Assembly: GCF_004010195.1 (NCBI RefSeq)
Contig: NC_057749.1
Location: 14,481,142-14,536,985, forward strand
Direction: 5' to 3'
Source of the DNA: Chiloscyllium plagiosum
Taxonomy: Eukaryota
Length of the DNA: 55,844 nt
Part shown: in pieces, positions 25,871 through 38,009 of the stretch
Position numbering within the stretch: position 1 is the first letter of the stretch
Layout of the letters: each line of letters opens with the position of its first letter
Position numbers and translations under genes: made by a program
The notes under the pieces: generated by a model
What the model saw: the letters and a program-made list of their open reading frames with translations, nothing else
Told to the model about the DNA's origin: nothing
Database searches by the model: none

Positions 25871-28800
25871 TCACTTCAGAACTTTCTCATGAGAAGAGCT
25901 ATATAGGTATCCTTTATTTAGTACAATGTTTCAAACAGCAGCTTATATAAATTGAGGAGCTCAGTAATTTCCACCTTCTTATCCTTACCTCAGTGGCTGG
26001 CACGCTCATGTCTGAATGGTTTTGAGCTCAACTCCAGAAATCTGAGTACTCCAGCACTGTGCTAAGGGAGATGCTATGCTGTTGGACATGTTAGTTTTTG
26101 ATGAGATGTTAAACCAAGCCTCTGTCTGCCCTTTCTGGTGAATACAGACCCTTCTGTGGCATGAAAAAGAAGAGGTGAGTCCAAAGGAAGATAAAAGTTA
26201 AAAAAAAAAAGATGTATTGGTCAGGCTCAGAGTTTAATGAAGAAAAGATGTTGCAGCCATTTTGCCGGGTGATACGGGTAGCACGGATTTTGGTAGTTAA
26301 GCAGCAAATTTTGAGATGCTTAGCTTTGAGGATCAACTGAAATTATTTTGTCCTGTTTGTGGTTTCACTTGGTTTCTGGCTTCCAGCAAAAAGTCAAAGA
26401 CTTATTTTCTTCTTCCCTGCAGCACAGGGATGACTTGAAGTATGACCCTTGCTGCACAGACCTTTATCCACTAGCAGAGATCAGAGTTGAAATTGGCTTT
26501 TAGCTTCTAGTCTTGTGTATTCCTGAAAGAGGATAACACAAACTTGTCTAGCAGCCAGACTGCACACTTTACTCCCATCATGTTTCTGGTCTGAGCTAGC
26601 TTACAGGAGATAACATTTCAGTTTGCAGTTTTCTCCCTGTAAAGTTTTCCTCTTTGAAGCTTCCTTGACACGCATCAAATATGACATTCCAGGGTCTCCC
26701 TCAAGGCTGAGCGTAATCCACACAGGCATTCCAGACATTACACTGTGCATAATCTACGTTTTCAGTCATTATTTTGGCTGTACATCTAGAACACTTTTTA
26801 TAATTAAGAGTTTAGTTTTTTTCCATAAGTGATCCAAAGCTATGATCTTAGCACTGCACCACTGTTAAGCAAAAAGACTCGTTACCTGATGGGTGATGCT
26901 TGATTGTCAGCAAATAGCTTTTTGACCATTTTCAATATTTTATAAATGGTAAAGGGATATGTTTGCAGAGAATGGCGAAATGGTCAGATGTTTTGAATGT
27001 CCAGGGTTTTCTCTCCAGGGTTGCACAGAGCAGTGATGTTCAATTCCTGGAGCATTGGCAACCCTGTTCTCACCTCACCTTAGTCCAAGGCCTATCATTA
27101 GCAATGATTGGACAGACAGGTCCTGGGTTCTGCTCATTGAAATGAACTTATCTGTTAAAGGAATAGATTCTGTCGCACATCAGGATGTGGATCTTTCAAT
27201 CCTGGGGTTAGAGTTGGAAACCATCCCAGTGCAATAAGTTGAAAAATCCCTTCTTTGATAATCATCAAGACTTTTATGTGCATTACACTTGAATAGTTTC
27301 AAACCTGTTCCCACTGAGGTGGGAATCACAGCACAAAATGACACATTGTGACCCAGGTTGACTAATCTCTCAGGTCATAAAATAGAAGGTGTGGAAATAG
27401 GAGTGTTGCTGCTGTGATAGTGAAGGGGAATCTTTGGAAGTTGGAAACTATGACACATCATTGAGCAACAACAGAGTGAATGGTTTTGGGGACAGGCAGA
27501 AAAATGGAGTTGAAGCCACAGTCCCTCAATTATTATAGAAGGAAGTCCTTGTCTGCACCAGCTCTCTATACAAACATTTCACTTCATGCCATTCTCCTGC
27601 TTTCACTCCATAACGCTGAGCAATCTTCCTTTAGCTCCATTTTGATGCTTCGATTGAACCTACCTCCATCACATACTCAAGCATTCTAGACATTCACCTC
27701 CATTATATGAATAATTTTTCTTATCATTTTTGTTCCCTTTACTAATTACTTCAAATCTAAGCCATCTTGTTCTTGATCATTCCCCTATCAGAGTGGCCGA
27801 CCTCTTATTGAATGGTGGAACGGACTCCGTGGCCATAGGACCTACTCCTGTTTTTTTCCTTGTGTTTCTAATTGAACAGCCTAGAGATAAGCTTGCACTG
27901 CATTTAATCCTTGTATAGGGAGTACATGAAAAGCCATCACTGAGCACAATAAATTCAGCAAATACCTTCCTGTGAGAATTATGTAAATATTGGATGATAA
28001 CTGTCTCTAAGAATGAAAATTCCATGAGGTTCTGTTGCAATCCTTAGTTAATAAAGCAGAACATCCACAAACAACAGAAAAAAAAACTGCATGAGGAGTT
28101 CATGTCTTGCTATATTGTAGGATAAATACAAAGGTATAGCCGTGCACTTTTTTGCAGCAACTTTCACAACCACATCTTGTCCATTTCCATAGTTTGTTCT
28201 TCCTAAGCCAGGCCAACAGAGGCTCTGGCTTGAGGGGCTGATCTCAAATATGGCTGACCAGGAGACACTCCCACTCTTAGCACCAGCCATTGGTATATTG
28301 GGTGGATTTTCAAGTCAAGGGTCATGTGGCACAGTGATAATATCACTGCCTCTGGTCCAGGAGACTTGGATTCAAGTCACACCTGCCCCAGAGGTATGTC
28401 ATAAAATGACCAAACAGGTTGATTAAAAGAACTGTAACTACTGTAGGTAGTTCAGAGGAGGTTCACTCGATGGATAATCCACCTGTTTAATGAACACACT
28501 TTCCCTAGCCATCAACTGCTGGTGTAAGACTCAAAGATAGAGTTCCTGGCTTAGAGACAGGGAACAACATTACCTGCTGATCCTTAAGATTGCCCTGTAA
28601 AGAAGCAGGAACCCTGACTATTCATTCATTCTTTCCAACCCCCAACATCTCACCCAGAGATAGGGACATTAACTCCCATCAGGTATCCTGGGACTTAGCA
28701 CTGCCCAAGAATTGAAATCTGGACAGGTGTCACCTGAATTGGGGGAAAATTGTTGCTTTCCACTTCAAAGCATTTTACCAGAAATAGTATGTCTATTTTA

Positions 28801-30651
28801 AACTAAAAACAAACAAACACGTCTCTTCAGGTTTAATTGCAAAGTACCTTTGGCTTGAAAGAGACAGGAATACAGAGAGTTTCAAATCCAGTTATGAAGT
28901 CTTGCAGATATTTATGTTGTGATCTAATTACAGCTCTGTGACATTTTAACATTTTAGCCTCAGTGAAATGAATACATGGTCACTATACAGTTCTCAATAA
29001 CATCTTTATTAAAGCTTTAATTAAACTTCTCTTTTAATGGATAATTAAATGTACTTGTGTCAACTTAGGACATATGTAGCATACGTTTATTTTAGAGAAG
29101 AAGCGCCAAGGACTAAACTGTTGTGTGATAGAAGATTCCTGAAACATAGATGGTAGTGCTAAGCAGATTGGAGTAACACGGAGTCCTATTTCATTTTCAA
29201 ATCCCATAATGGCCCAGATCCAGACAGACACCAGACATATTCCCAAAAATAAACATCAGGATCCCTTGGAAGTTCCAAAGTATTAGCTCCACAGAAATTG
29301 CCTGAGGTGTTTAAACTCTAATGGGCTCCCCAGTATCTTACATGTCTCAGATTCTGAGTTAGCGTTGAAGATTTAGTAGAGATTTGACGGCCTTACTTGG
29401 ATAGTTACCCAAGAAAGATCAGTTATCCAGGAGTTAGACATGGTTTTATGTAAATTACAGCCTTCACTTCCACACCACACCCCCAAAAGAAAACTGACTC
29501 TCCAACATCTCCCTGGCTGCCCCCACCTCAAACCTCTGAGCCCTCTGCCAATACTGCCCTTTTGGGTATCCTTGACTTCACTCTACCATCCCTACTTCCT
29601 TACCTAGCTGCCACCATAACCACTTCTACTTACCTTGCCCACCCTAGCACCTTACACACGTACATACATGCACATTTACTGACCCTCATACGATCATGTC
29701 AAGTTCTGGGAGAAATAAACTAACTTACTAGAAAATGGACAGCTAGTGTTGTAAAAAGAAAAAGGGATTCTCTATGCTGAGCTCAGGGTTCTTGTGTTGA
29801 AGGAGTTTTGGAAGATTAGTGAGAAAACTTGAAGGAGTTGTTAAATAGGGTAAATATCTGGGATTCAGATTGGGATCAATGGCAATAGTCTATCCCCTTA
29901 CTACCACTCATTTCAGTTTAGATGTTCAGTTTTGTCCATCGCTCAGTTGATATCACTGGCACTCTTTGTCAGGAAGCTATAGATTCAAGTGTGTGTAAAA
30001 TCTAGGTTTACAAACCCAATGCAGTACTAAGAGTGTTGCACTCTCTTGAGTTCTAGGTTGAGGTAAACTGGTGGCCACTTTTAAAAACAAAGCATCCTGT
30101 GAACAGCACTACTTATAGAGTCTGTGCTACAGTTGAAGTCCCCCCTCCCCCAGCATCAAAGTGCGACCAGTAAGACCTGTTGTATTGCCTGGCTGTGAGT
30201 CAGACTTTACCTGTTCAAAGAGCTCTTGTGCATCCACATAAAGAACTCAGTTTACCAATAACTAATAAATTTTAAAGGTGGGGTTTGGAGATAATTCATT
30301 CTCTTGAAATATAAAGGAGGCAGCCTGATATAACATATCTTGGAGCTGCAATAGACTCTCCAACCAAGCCAGCTTCAGTGTCCACTGGATTTGCACTGCA
30401 GCTAGAGTGAAGCATTTTGTACTCTGAAATCAGGCCAGGCTATGTCTCTGGATTCATACATTTTGATGCAGGCTGGAAGGTGGTTCAGACATTAGCCTGC
30501 AATGGCTTTGTGCCACGGTAGGTACTATCCATTGCTACACCAACAGAAAAGCTTGAGTAAATGTTACTTTACACAAATGCACACACCCACTTTAATGGTT
30601 TCTTTTCAATATACTGGGAGAATCTATCAGGAAGATAGTGAGATCTCTAGG

Positions 30652-30703
30652 CCTGTCCTCGGATGCTGCCTGAATTGCTGTGCTCTTCCAGCAACACTGA
30701 TCC
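30652..30703 (+). mobile_element. Truncated mini-element (same family as 7240) with 11-bp TSD
   Basis: cctcggatgctgcctgaattgctgtgctcttccagc flanked by agatctctagg at 30641-30651 and 30704-30714. Confidence 0.7.
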
Positions 30704-32115
30704 AGATCTCTAGGTCAGATCATCTCACTCCACCTACACATTACTCCTATGATAAAGCAATTTCAATTAATTCCTTTTGGTCGAAATGCCTGCATAAAAG
30801 CAGAGACTCACTAAAAATGCAAATAGAAATGCCCCCACATCTTCAATGTCTTTGGTGAGATAAAGCACCACAGGCTTCTTGTCTCTGGGACAAGCAGCTA
30901 ATATTATCTCTAATTCCGGTCTGTGATGAAACTTAAATTTATTCATGCCACCATTGACAGCAATGCTTTCTGCAGTCTGGGCCCTTTTACCTTTCCACAC
31001 CGCCTTCTCTCTACTTCTCTGTCTTCCTTCAAGATAGTCGTCAAAGTTATCACTTTCATTTGCACTAATACCTCTTTATGTGGCTCAGTGTCAAAGTGTG
31101 TTTGATAACTCCTCTATGAAGCTTTGGAATGATAAAATTGTGATAGATGCAAGTTGTGCACCTTTTTGATGCACATAAAGATGTTTCCAGGTTCAATTTG
31201 TGGGCAGTGCTGATTTGTTCTGAGACAGAATAGCAGTTAATCTATAAGCCATTTGGTTTTGGTGAGGGTGATGGGGAGAAACCCAGATGCCATTCTTCTT
31301 CCTGACTGGTAAAGTAATGTCTTTAAATGTGGGTATGAGTTCAGCATTGGGCTTTGAATGTAATACCCATCACAGTCAAATAGCCCACTGATGCTTATTG
31401 GCTGGACTTAAGATCTTAAGGATCACCACTCATTGTGCTTCCTGAGCCATGACCCAACACGGGTGGAGGAATCTAGGGTGAAGGGAGAAAAAGTTTAATA
31501 TTTCATTCCAAATACACAACCAGGCATCTGAAATAAAAACAGAGAATGCTGGAATTACTCAGTCCATCCAGAGGTGTCAGTGAAAAGAGAGAAATAGTGT
31601 TAATGCTTCAGCTTGATGACCTTCATCAGAAAGCTGTAAATGGACTGCAGCAGTTGAGAAGGCATCACCTAACCATTATCTTTACAAGGGTAACTAGGAA
31701 TGAAAAGTAAACACTGGTCCAGCCAGCAAAACACACATTCTGTCAGTGAGTAATAAAACAAAGGTATCTGGCTGTGTGGAGTTCAGCTCTGCCAAAAGTG
31801 GGGAAAAAAACAGAGTGATTGACTGATCCATAATGCAGTCCATAGTACAGAGGCTCCCGGCCTAATGATGTTAACCTGTGACCATGTCTTCCCTCTCAGA
31901 TGCCAATATTTCATTGGATACACAGTATGGCACAATATCAGACCATTCAGCCCAACCAGTCCGTGCCATTGTCTCCTTCCATCTTTGCTCATGTAAATCT
32001 ACCATCATAACCATCTATTTCTTTCTTCCTTGAGTGCTTGTGTTACATTCCTTTGCAAACATCTCTACTATTCAGCATTGGGGTCAATTAGTTCAGTTGG
32101 CTAGACAGCTGGTTA

Positions 32116-32258
32116 CTGGTCGAGAGTGGAGTGTTGGAAAAGCACAGCAGGTCAGGCAGCATCCGAGGAGCAGGAGAATCGACATTTCGGGCAGGAGCCC
32201 TTCATCAGAAATCACTCTCTTCTTTGATCTCCAGCATCTGCAGTCCTCACTTTCTCCT
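32116..32258 (-). mobile_element. Hammerhead mini-element (internally inverted) inserted in a SINE
   Basis: Minus strand CTGATGA-a-gggc-tcct-gccc-GAAA-tgtc (32208-32181), followed by a plus-oriented tail. TSD agctggtta at 32107-32115 and 32259-32267. Confidence 0.78.
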
Positions 32259-32689
32259 AGCTGGTTAGTGGTGCAGAGTAATGCCAACAGTGTGGGTTTA
32301 ATTCTCACACCAGCTGAGGATACCGTGAAAGACTCTCCTTCTCAATATCTCCCCTCGCTTGAGACCTGGTGACCCTCAGGTTAAACGACCACCCAACATC
32401 TCTCGCTCTCTCTAACAATGTGGAGGTGCCTATTTTGGACTGGGATAGACAAAGTTAAAAATCACACATCAACTCTTGTTGGACTATAACCTCATATTGT
32501 GTGATTTTTAACTCTCCTCTATGAGAGAGCAGCCCCATGGTCTGATAGGACAATGACAACTTTACCTTTTTATTCAATCATTCATGCAATAGCAAATTCC
32601 TCATCATCACCATTCTTAGGTAAAGAAGTAGAACATGGGAGTTCGCCTGTGTGTTGCAGTCAATAACTATCCTTCAACCAGCATCATTC

Positions 32690-32855
32690 TTTTTAAACCT
32701 GGTCATTATCACATTGCTGTCTGTGGAAGCTTACTGTGTGTAAATTGGCTGCTGTATTTCTTACATATCAACAATTGCTACACTGAAAAGTACATAAAAT
32801 TGGCTGGAAAGCACTTTAGCATATCTTTTGGGTCTGAAAAGCCATATAGAAATTT
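32690..32855 (+). mobile_element. Deu-domain SINE fragment
   Basis: tcacattgctgtctgtggaagcttactgtgtgtaaattggctgctgtatttcttacat...attggctggaaagcacttt. Confidence 0.65.
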
Positions 32856-35069
32856 ATTTGTATGTGTATAATCAAATGAATGTAAATACAGATTAAAGAC
32901 AATGCAGAAACAAGCCCTCAAAATATAATCAAGCCTCAGAAAAAAAAGTCTGTTGGCAATTTGAAAGCATATAGATGTGAGGCAACGAATAAAGAATTTT
33001 GGGAAATTTCAAGCAATGTGCAAAATACATACTAGGGATGTAACTGCATGTAAATAGTTAAATCTTGGCTTTTCCTGGCTGAAACTAGCCAGGTTAAAGA
33101 ATTTCTCTTCTCCCTCCACCCATAGAACTGGTTTGACACTATTGTGTGTCACAGGAAATGGCAGCAGTGTGAGTACGTCTGGCTCTGATGTCTATAGTGG
33201 GACGGGCATCTTGCCAAAACACACAATGCACAATGTTCTATTTAATATTCTTATGGGAAAAATTAACAAACATCACTAGTTCCCTCCCATTCACTTCTCC
33301 TCAAGTGTTGGGGTACAGTTTCAGGGACACAGCTGTACTTGAGCAGCTCACCATTTGACCACATTCTTTGTGCAAGCCCAGAGTATTGAGAGGAGACAGT
33401 GAGGTTTGCAGATGCTAGAGATCAGAGTTGAGAGTGTGTTGCTGGTAAAGCACAGCAGGTCAGGCAGCATCCGAGGAGCAGGAAAATCGACATGTTGAGC
33501 CGGAATCTATTTAATTTATTGTGGTAGAATAGCAATCAAGCTTGACCATGTCCTCAACCAGCAACTGAAAAACTGTCAGGACCTGAAATCCTCTCTGGGC
33601 TTTTCTCTAGTCCTCTTACCTATGGACACATGAGGCCAGTTCCAGCATCCCTGCCAGTGCCTCCATTGTTTGGGGTAAATTAGCAGATTGACAGAATCAA
33701 ACATTGCACCTCCGACAGACTGAATAGCTGGTACCTGAGTAAGCAAGTGCATTCACCCACTTGTATATTTATGAGCAGGGAAAAACATCTTCCACTTAAC
33801 TAGTGTAAGTAAAGCTCTGATGAAGGGTCATTTAGACTCAAAACAGCTGTCTCCACAGACGCTGCCTGACCTACTGTGATTTCCAGCATTGTTTGTGTTT
33901 AGTACAGGTTCTAGCATCTAGCAGCAACTTGCTCCTACTTCATAATTAAGGTGGTATATATTAACAAAACTAATACTCCTGGTCAGCCTCCTATATTGTA
34001 ACTTTAGAAACTTGAGAGCATCCAAATTCTTCTGTCTGCAACCTAACTTTGCCTCAAGTTCTGTTTACCCATCATCTCAAGTCATCTCCTGATTAAGCAA
34101 TGCCTCCATTTTAAAATTCTCATTCCAGTTTCCAAAATGTTTCAGTCTCGTCCCTGTCTCTTTAATGTGCTACAGCCCACTGGGGTATCTACTCCCTCCC
34201 AAAACTGACCTCTTGAGTATCCCTGATTTTAATTGTGACACCATTGGTTGCTCTGCCTTTGGCTACTTTGATCTGAAACTCTGATCTCCCTCTGCCTGTT
34301 GCCTCACTCTCCTCTTTTAAGTTGCTCCTTAAAACCTACCTCTTTGACCAAGGTTTTGACCACCTTTCTGAATATTTCCTGATATGATTCAGTTTTAAAT
34401 TCTGTTTGATAATGCTGCTGTGAAGCCCTTTGTAGTGTCCTATTATGTTAAAGGTGCTTAATAAGTACAAGTTGTTCTGTGGGATTTAATTCACAGCTTA
34501 TTTCTGAGCATGTAAATTTTGACCTTGGCCCTAATTTTCATTCTGGGATCAGGTACACAGAGGCATAAGAAATCCTGGCTCTACGAAGCCAACCTCTAAA
34601 AATGGCAGCCTCCAATTTCCATTATGGGTTAGATAAGGTGATACAGTAAAAGCAGAGGAAGCTGATGATTTTCAGGAGTCAGTTGGGAAGCCTGATGGGG
34701 GATATCCCACATTGTGTTCCTGTTCAATAATAAAGACTAAAGGATAAAACATCCTACCTGCCCTCAAGCCCTCACTCTTCATGCCCCATCCATGCCACCT
34801 AATTCCCTGTATCAACCCTATAGTGCCCACACTCTTCATGCCAAACTATGATTCTTTACACACTGATGGCCCATCACATGTCTGATACCTTATTCCTCAA
34901 TGTGCATTACACAAAGTCTTTCACACCCCATGTGCCACCCTAAGCCTATCTATTGATCTCTGATAGATGCGCATAAACTCTAACCCCCCAGTCATCCTCA
35001 TGGTTTGTTTTATAATCCTTATGCCAACTCATAGGTCCTACACACCACTCTTTGTTTTCTCCATGCCAA

Positions 35070-35192
35070 CTCACCTACCTGACGAAGGAGCGTCGCTCCA
35101 AAAGTTAATGTGCTTCCAATTAAACCTGTTGGACTATAACCTGGTGTTGTGTGATTTTTAACTTTGTCCAACACCGGCATCTCCGAATCATG
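35070..35192 (+). mobile_element. Short repeat with hammerhead-like core (third family)
   Basis: CTGACGA (35079-35085)-a-ggagc-gtc-gctcc-AAAA, then aaacctgttggactataacctggtgttgtgtgatttttaac. Relatives at 32420-32512, 35699-35938, 38815-38860 and 51985-52070 (-). Confidence 0.65.
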
Positions 35193-35751
35193 TCTCTTAT
35201 TATCCACATGGATGTACATCAGGAGGTATGATGTCCAAAAATAAAGTAACCTATTGACCTTGGGAGAGGACCTTGACTCTTCACCTTATCTATGCTCCTC
35301 ATGACTTTATGAACCCCTATCATGGAAGGGTCTGTTTATGTGCTGTATGACTGTATGCTGACACAATTTTTTTTTAAACTGATAGAAAAGCATTCAATAC
35401 ATTGAAATCCTTTATGAAGCAAGCTTTCACTTAAGTGCTTAATCCCTTATATCAATAAACGTTTCACTCTATAATGGAACTGTCCATTAAAATGCTAATT
35501 TGAAAGACACCCCATTGTGAAAATATTAGTTTGGGAAATCAGTCATGCAGGATAAATCCTATAATGGCTTAGTCGACAGAAAAACTAAAATCCTAGCACC
35601 TTTTTTAAAAACGCCATACTTCTGTTGTGTTTGAAATCTGGTCTTAATCATTGTCCCAGAGGAGGCCTAATTCTAATTCCTTGTTGCAGTACCTCTAATA
35701 AAGTTAAAAATCACACACACCAGATTAAAGTCCAACAGGAAGCACCTGTTG

Positions 35752-35885
35752 GATTCCTGATGAAGGGCTTTTGCCCGAAACGTCAATTCTCCTGCTCCTC
35801 GGATGCTGCCTGACCTGCTGTGCTTTTCCAGCACCACTCCCTCAACTCTGAGATCTCCAGTATCTGCAGTTTTCACTTTCTCCTA
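35752..35885 (+). ncRNA. Minimal type-I hammerhead ribozyme motif with intact core, in a mini-element
   Basis: CTGATGA (35757-35763), stem II gggc/tttt/gccc, GAAA (35777-35780), CGTC cleavage triplet. Confidence 0.75.
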
Positions 35886-37724
35886 ATTGATTTTTAACTT
35901 TGTCCACCCTGGACCAATACTGGCACCTCCAAATCATGACTACCTTAGATAGTAATCCTTCAATTGTATAAACACATTAACAAGGGACTTTTGCAAGCCA
36001 GGTGTTAAAATGCATAATAAAATGCTTCTCCCCTCGGAAATACTTAATCTTGCTTCATTGTGGAATAAAAATTCTAAACTGTCTCACAGAAGAATAATGT
36101 TTTTAAATCCATTTGCAGGAAATGGAATTACTTGCAAGGCCAACATTTGGCAAGCAAGCAACTTTCCCAAACCACTGTAGTGTGTGTGGTGAAGATTGTA
36201 ACAGTTTCTATTTGGTTTTAATGACTATTTCAGAAGGCAGTCAAAGGTAAGCCTCATTTCATTGCTGAAGGTTTGGAGTTCCACATGAGCAGGTCAGGAG
36301 AGCAGATTTCTTCCCCTCAAAGCCAAATGAATAAACTGAATGGGTGTTCATGTAATCTGGTCATGTCATGGTCACCAGATTTAATTCATTAATGAGTTTA
36401 AAATTCCCACACTGATGTGGTGGGATTAGACTCTGTTTCTCCAGATTACAAACCCAGACTTTAGCATATCCACTTGGCATCAACACTTTGTTGTGAATTT
36501 ACAAGAGGTAAATGAAGAGGGAACAGTTCCATGCAGCTCTTTTTATCTGTTTCCCCACTTTATTTCAATGTAATCTATTTCATTGTCATTACTCATTGTC
36601 ACAGTAAAGAGTATTACCTTCATGAAAAGAGGAAAATTGGAAATGCAAATAAAGGTGGTATTTAAAATTGCTATTAGTCCCTGCGAGTTGCTAAGATACT
36701 GATAATCCTTGTGGGTTGCTAAACTACATGACACCATGTTCCAAATCATCATGATTAGACTTTATTCATAAAGACAGCCAGTTGCTTTGTGTTTTTCTGA
36801 CACATTTTTATCTGTGTTTTTGCTTCACATTCAAATCTAGCAGAAACATGGAAATAATTATACAATTACAATGTTCAAAACCATTATCACCAATGCTCCA
36901 TGTATGGGGAAGAGAAGGCTGAATGTGCACCTTTGGTGGAAATGGAAAGCAGAGTAGTAACCAATCAGCTGATTATAACGCCATTCCTAAATCTCCCACC
37001 CCACCCACCACCACCCAACCCATCCCTCACCACCACCAGCCCTGGACCCCACACCCTCCAAACACAACTTGTGAAATTCCACTTTACACCTGAAAAGATT
37101 AGGAAATAAGCTGAGGGTGCAATGGGTGACTGGCCAATTTGATATCTGTCAATAAACAATATTCCTTAATGGGATATGGACACTACTGGCTAGGCCAATT
37201 TTTTTTTTGCATATCCCCAATTGCCCTTGAATCAAGTGGCTGTTTAAGCCATTTCAGAGAGCTGCTAAGAGTCCATTGCTGTCGGTCTGGAGTCACATGA
37301 GGTCAAACTGGGTAAGGATGGCTGACTTTCTTCCCTGAAGGACATCAGTGAACCAAATGGGTGGTTACAAGAGTCATCATTGTTTCATGGGACCATTCTT
37401 AAGACTATCTTCATATTCCAGACTTGTTAATGCATCTGGATTACTTGTCCAATGATTTTAACACTACGTCACTGCTTCCCCCAAAACTTTAGAAAAGCCA
37501 CTATACAAAAATAAGGAATAAAGAATTTGACTGCGTGCAATAAAGGAAACATTAGATGGGGTGGGGGATGAGGTTTTCATCTCCAGCAGGGTGTTTTACA
37601 AGAAGCAACAATGCTTGTGTAATCCTTCATAACTAAAGAAACTGAGCGCAGATAACATGATATTGAAGAATCCAACATTTAATATAGATGGTTATTATAT
37701 TATCAACATTATATTCAAAGATAC

Positions 37725-37825
37725 TTTGGTTTCAGTGGAGGCTTACTGATGATGTCACCTTGCATGGTGATGAAATGTCTGAAAACAAACCTTCCAGCTC
37801 AATAAGCAAACTTACAATTCATATC
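37725..37825 (+). ncRNA. Penelope pseudo-LTR fragment with hammerhead motif
   Basis: CTGATGA (37746-37752)-t-gtcacc-ttgcat-ggtgat-GAAA (37772-37775)-tgtc-tgaaaacaaaccttccagctc, homologous to 54590-54660 of the Penelope copy. Confidence 0.72.
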
Positions 37826-37861
37826 TGAGTGTGCTCACGTTAGGCTATTATATTACAACAG

Positions 37862-38009
37862 TCGAAAAGGGTGGCGCTGGAAAAGCACAGCAGGTCAGGC
37901 AGCATCCAAGGAGCAGGAGAATCAATGTTTCGGGCATAAGCTCTTCATCAAGAATGTGCCACACTTTTCGACTCTGATCTTCAGCATATGCAGTCCTCAC
38001 TTTCTCCTG
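37862..38009 (-). mobile_element. Hammerhead mini-element (internally inverted), core decayed
   Basis: Minus strand TTGATGA-agagcttatgccc-GAAA-catt. Near-TSD ttatattacaacag 37848-37861 / ttatattagaacag 38010-38023. Confidence 0.72.
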
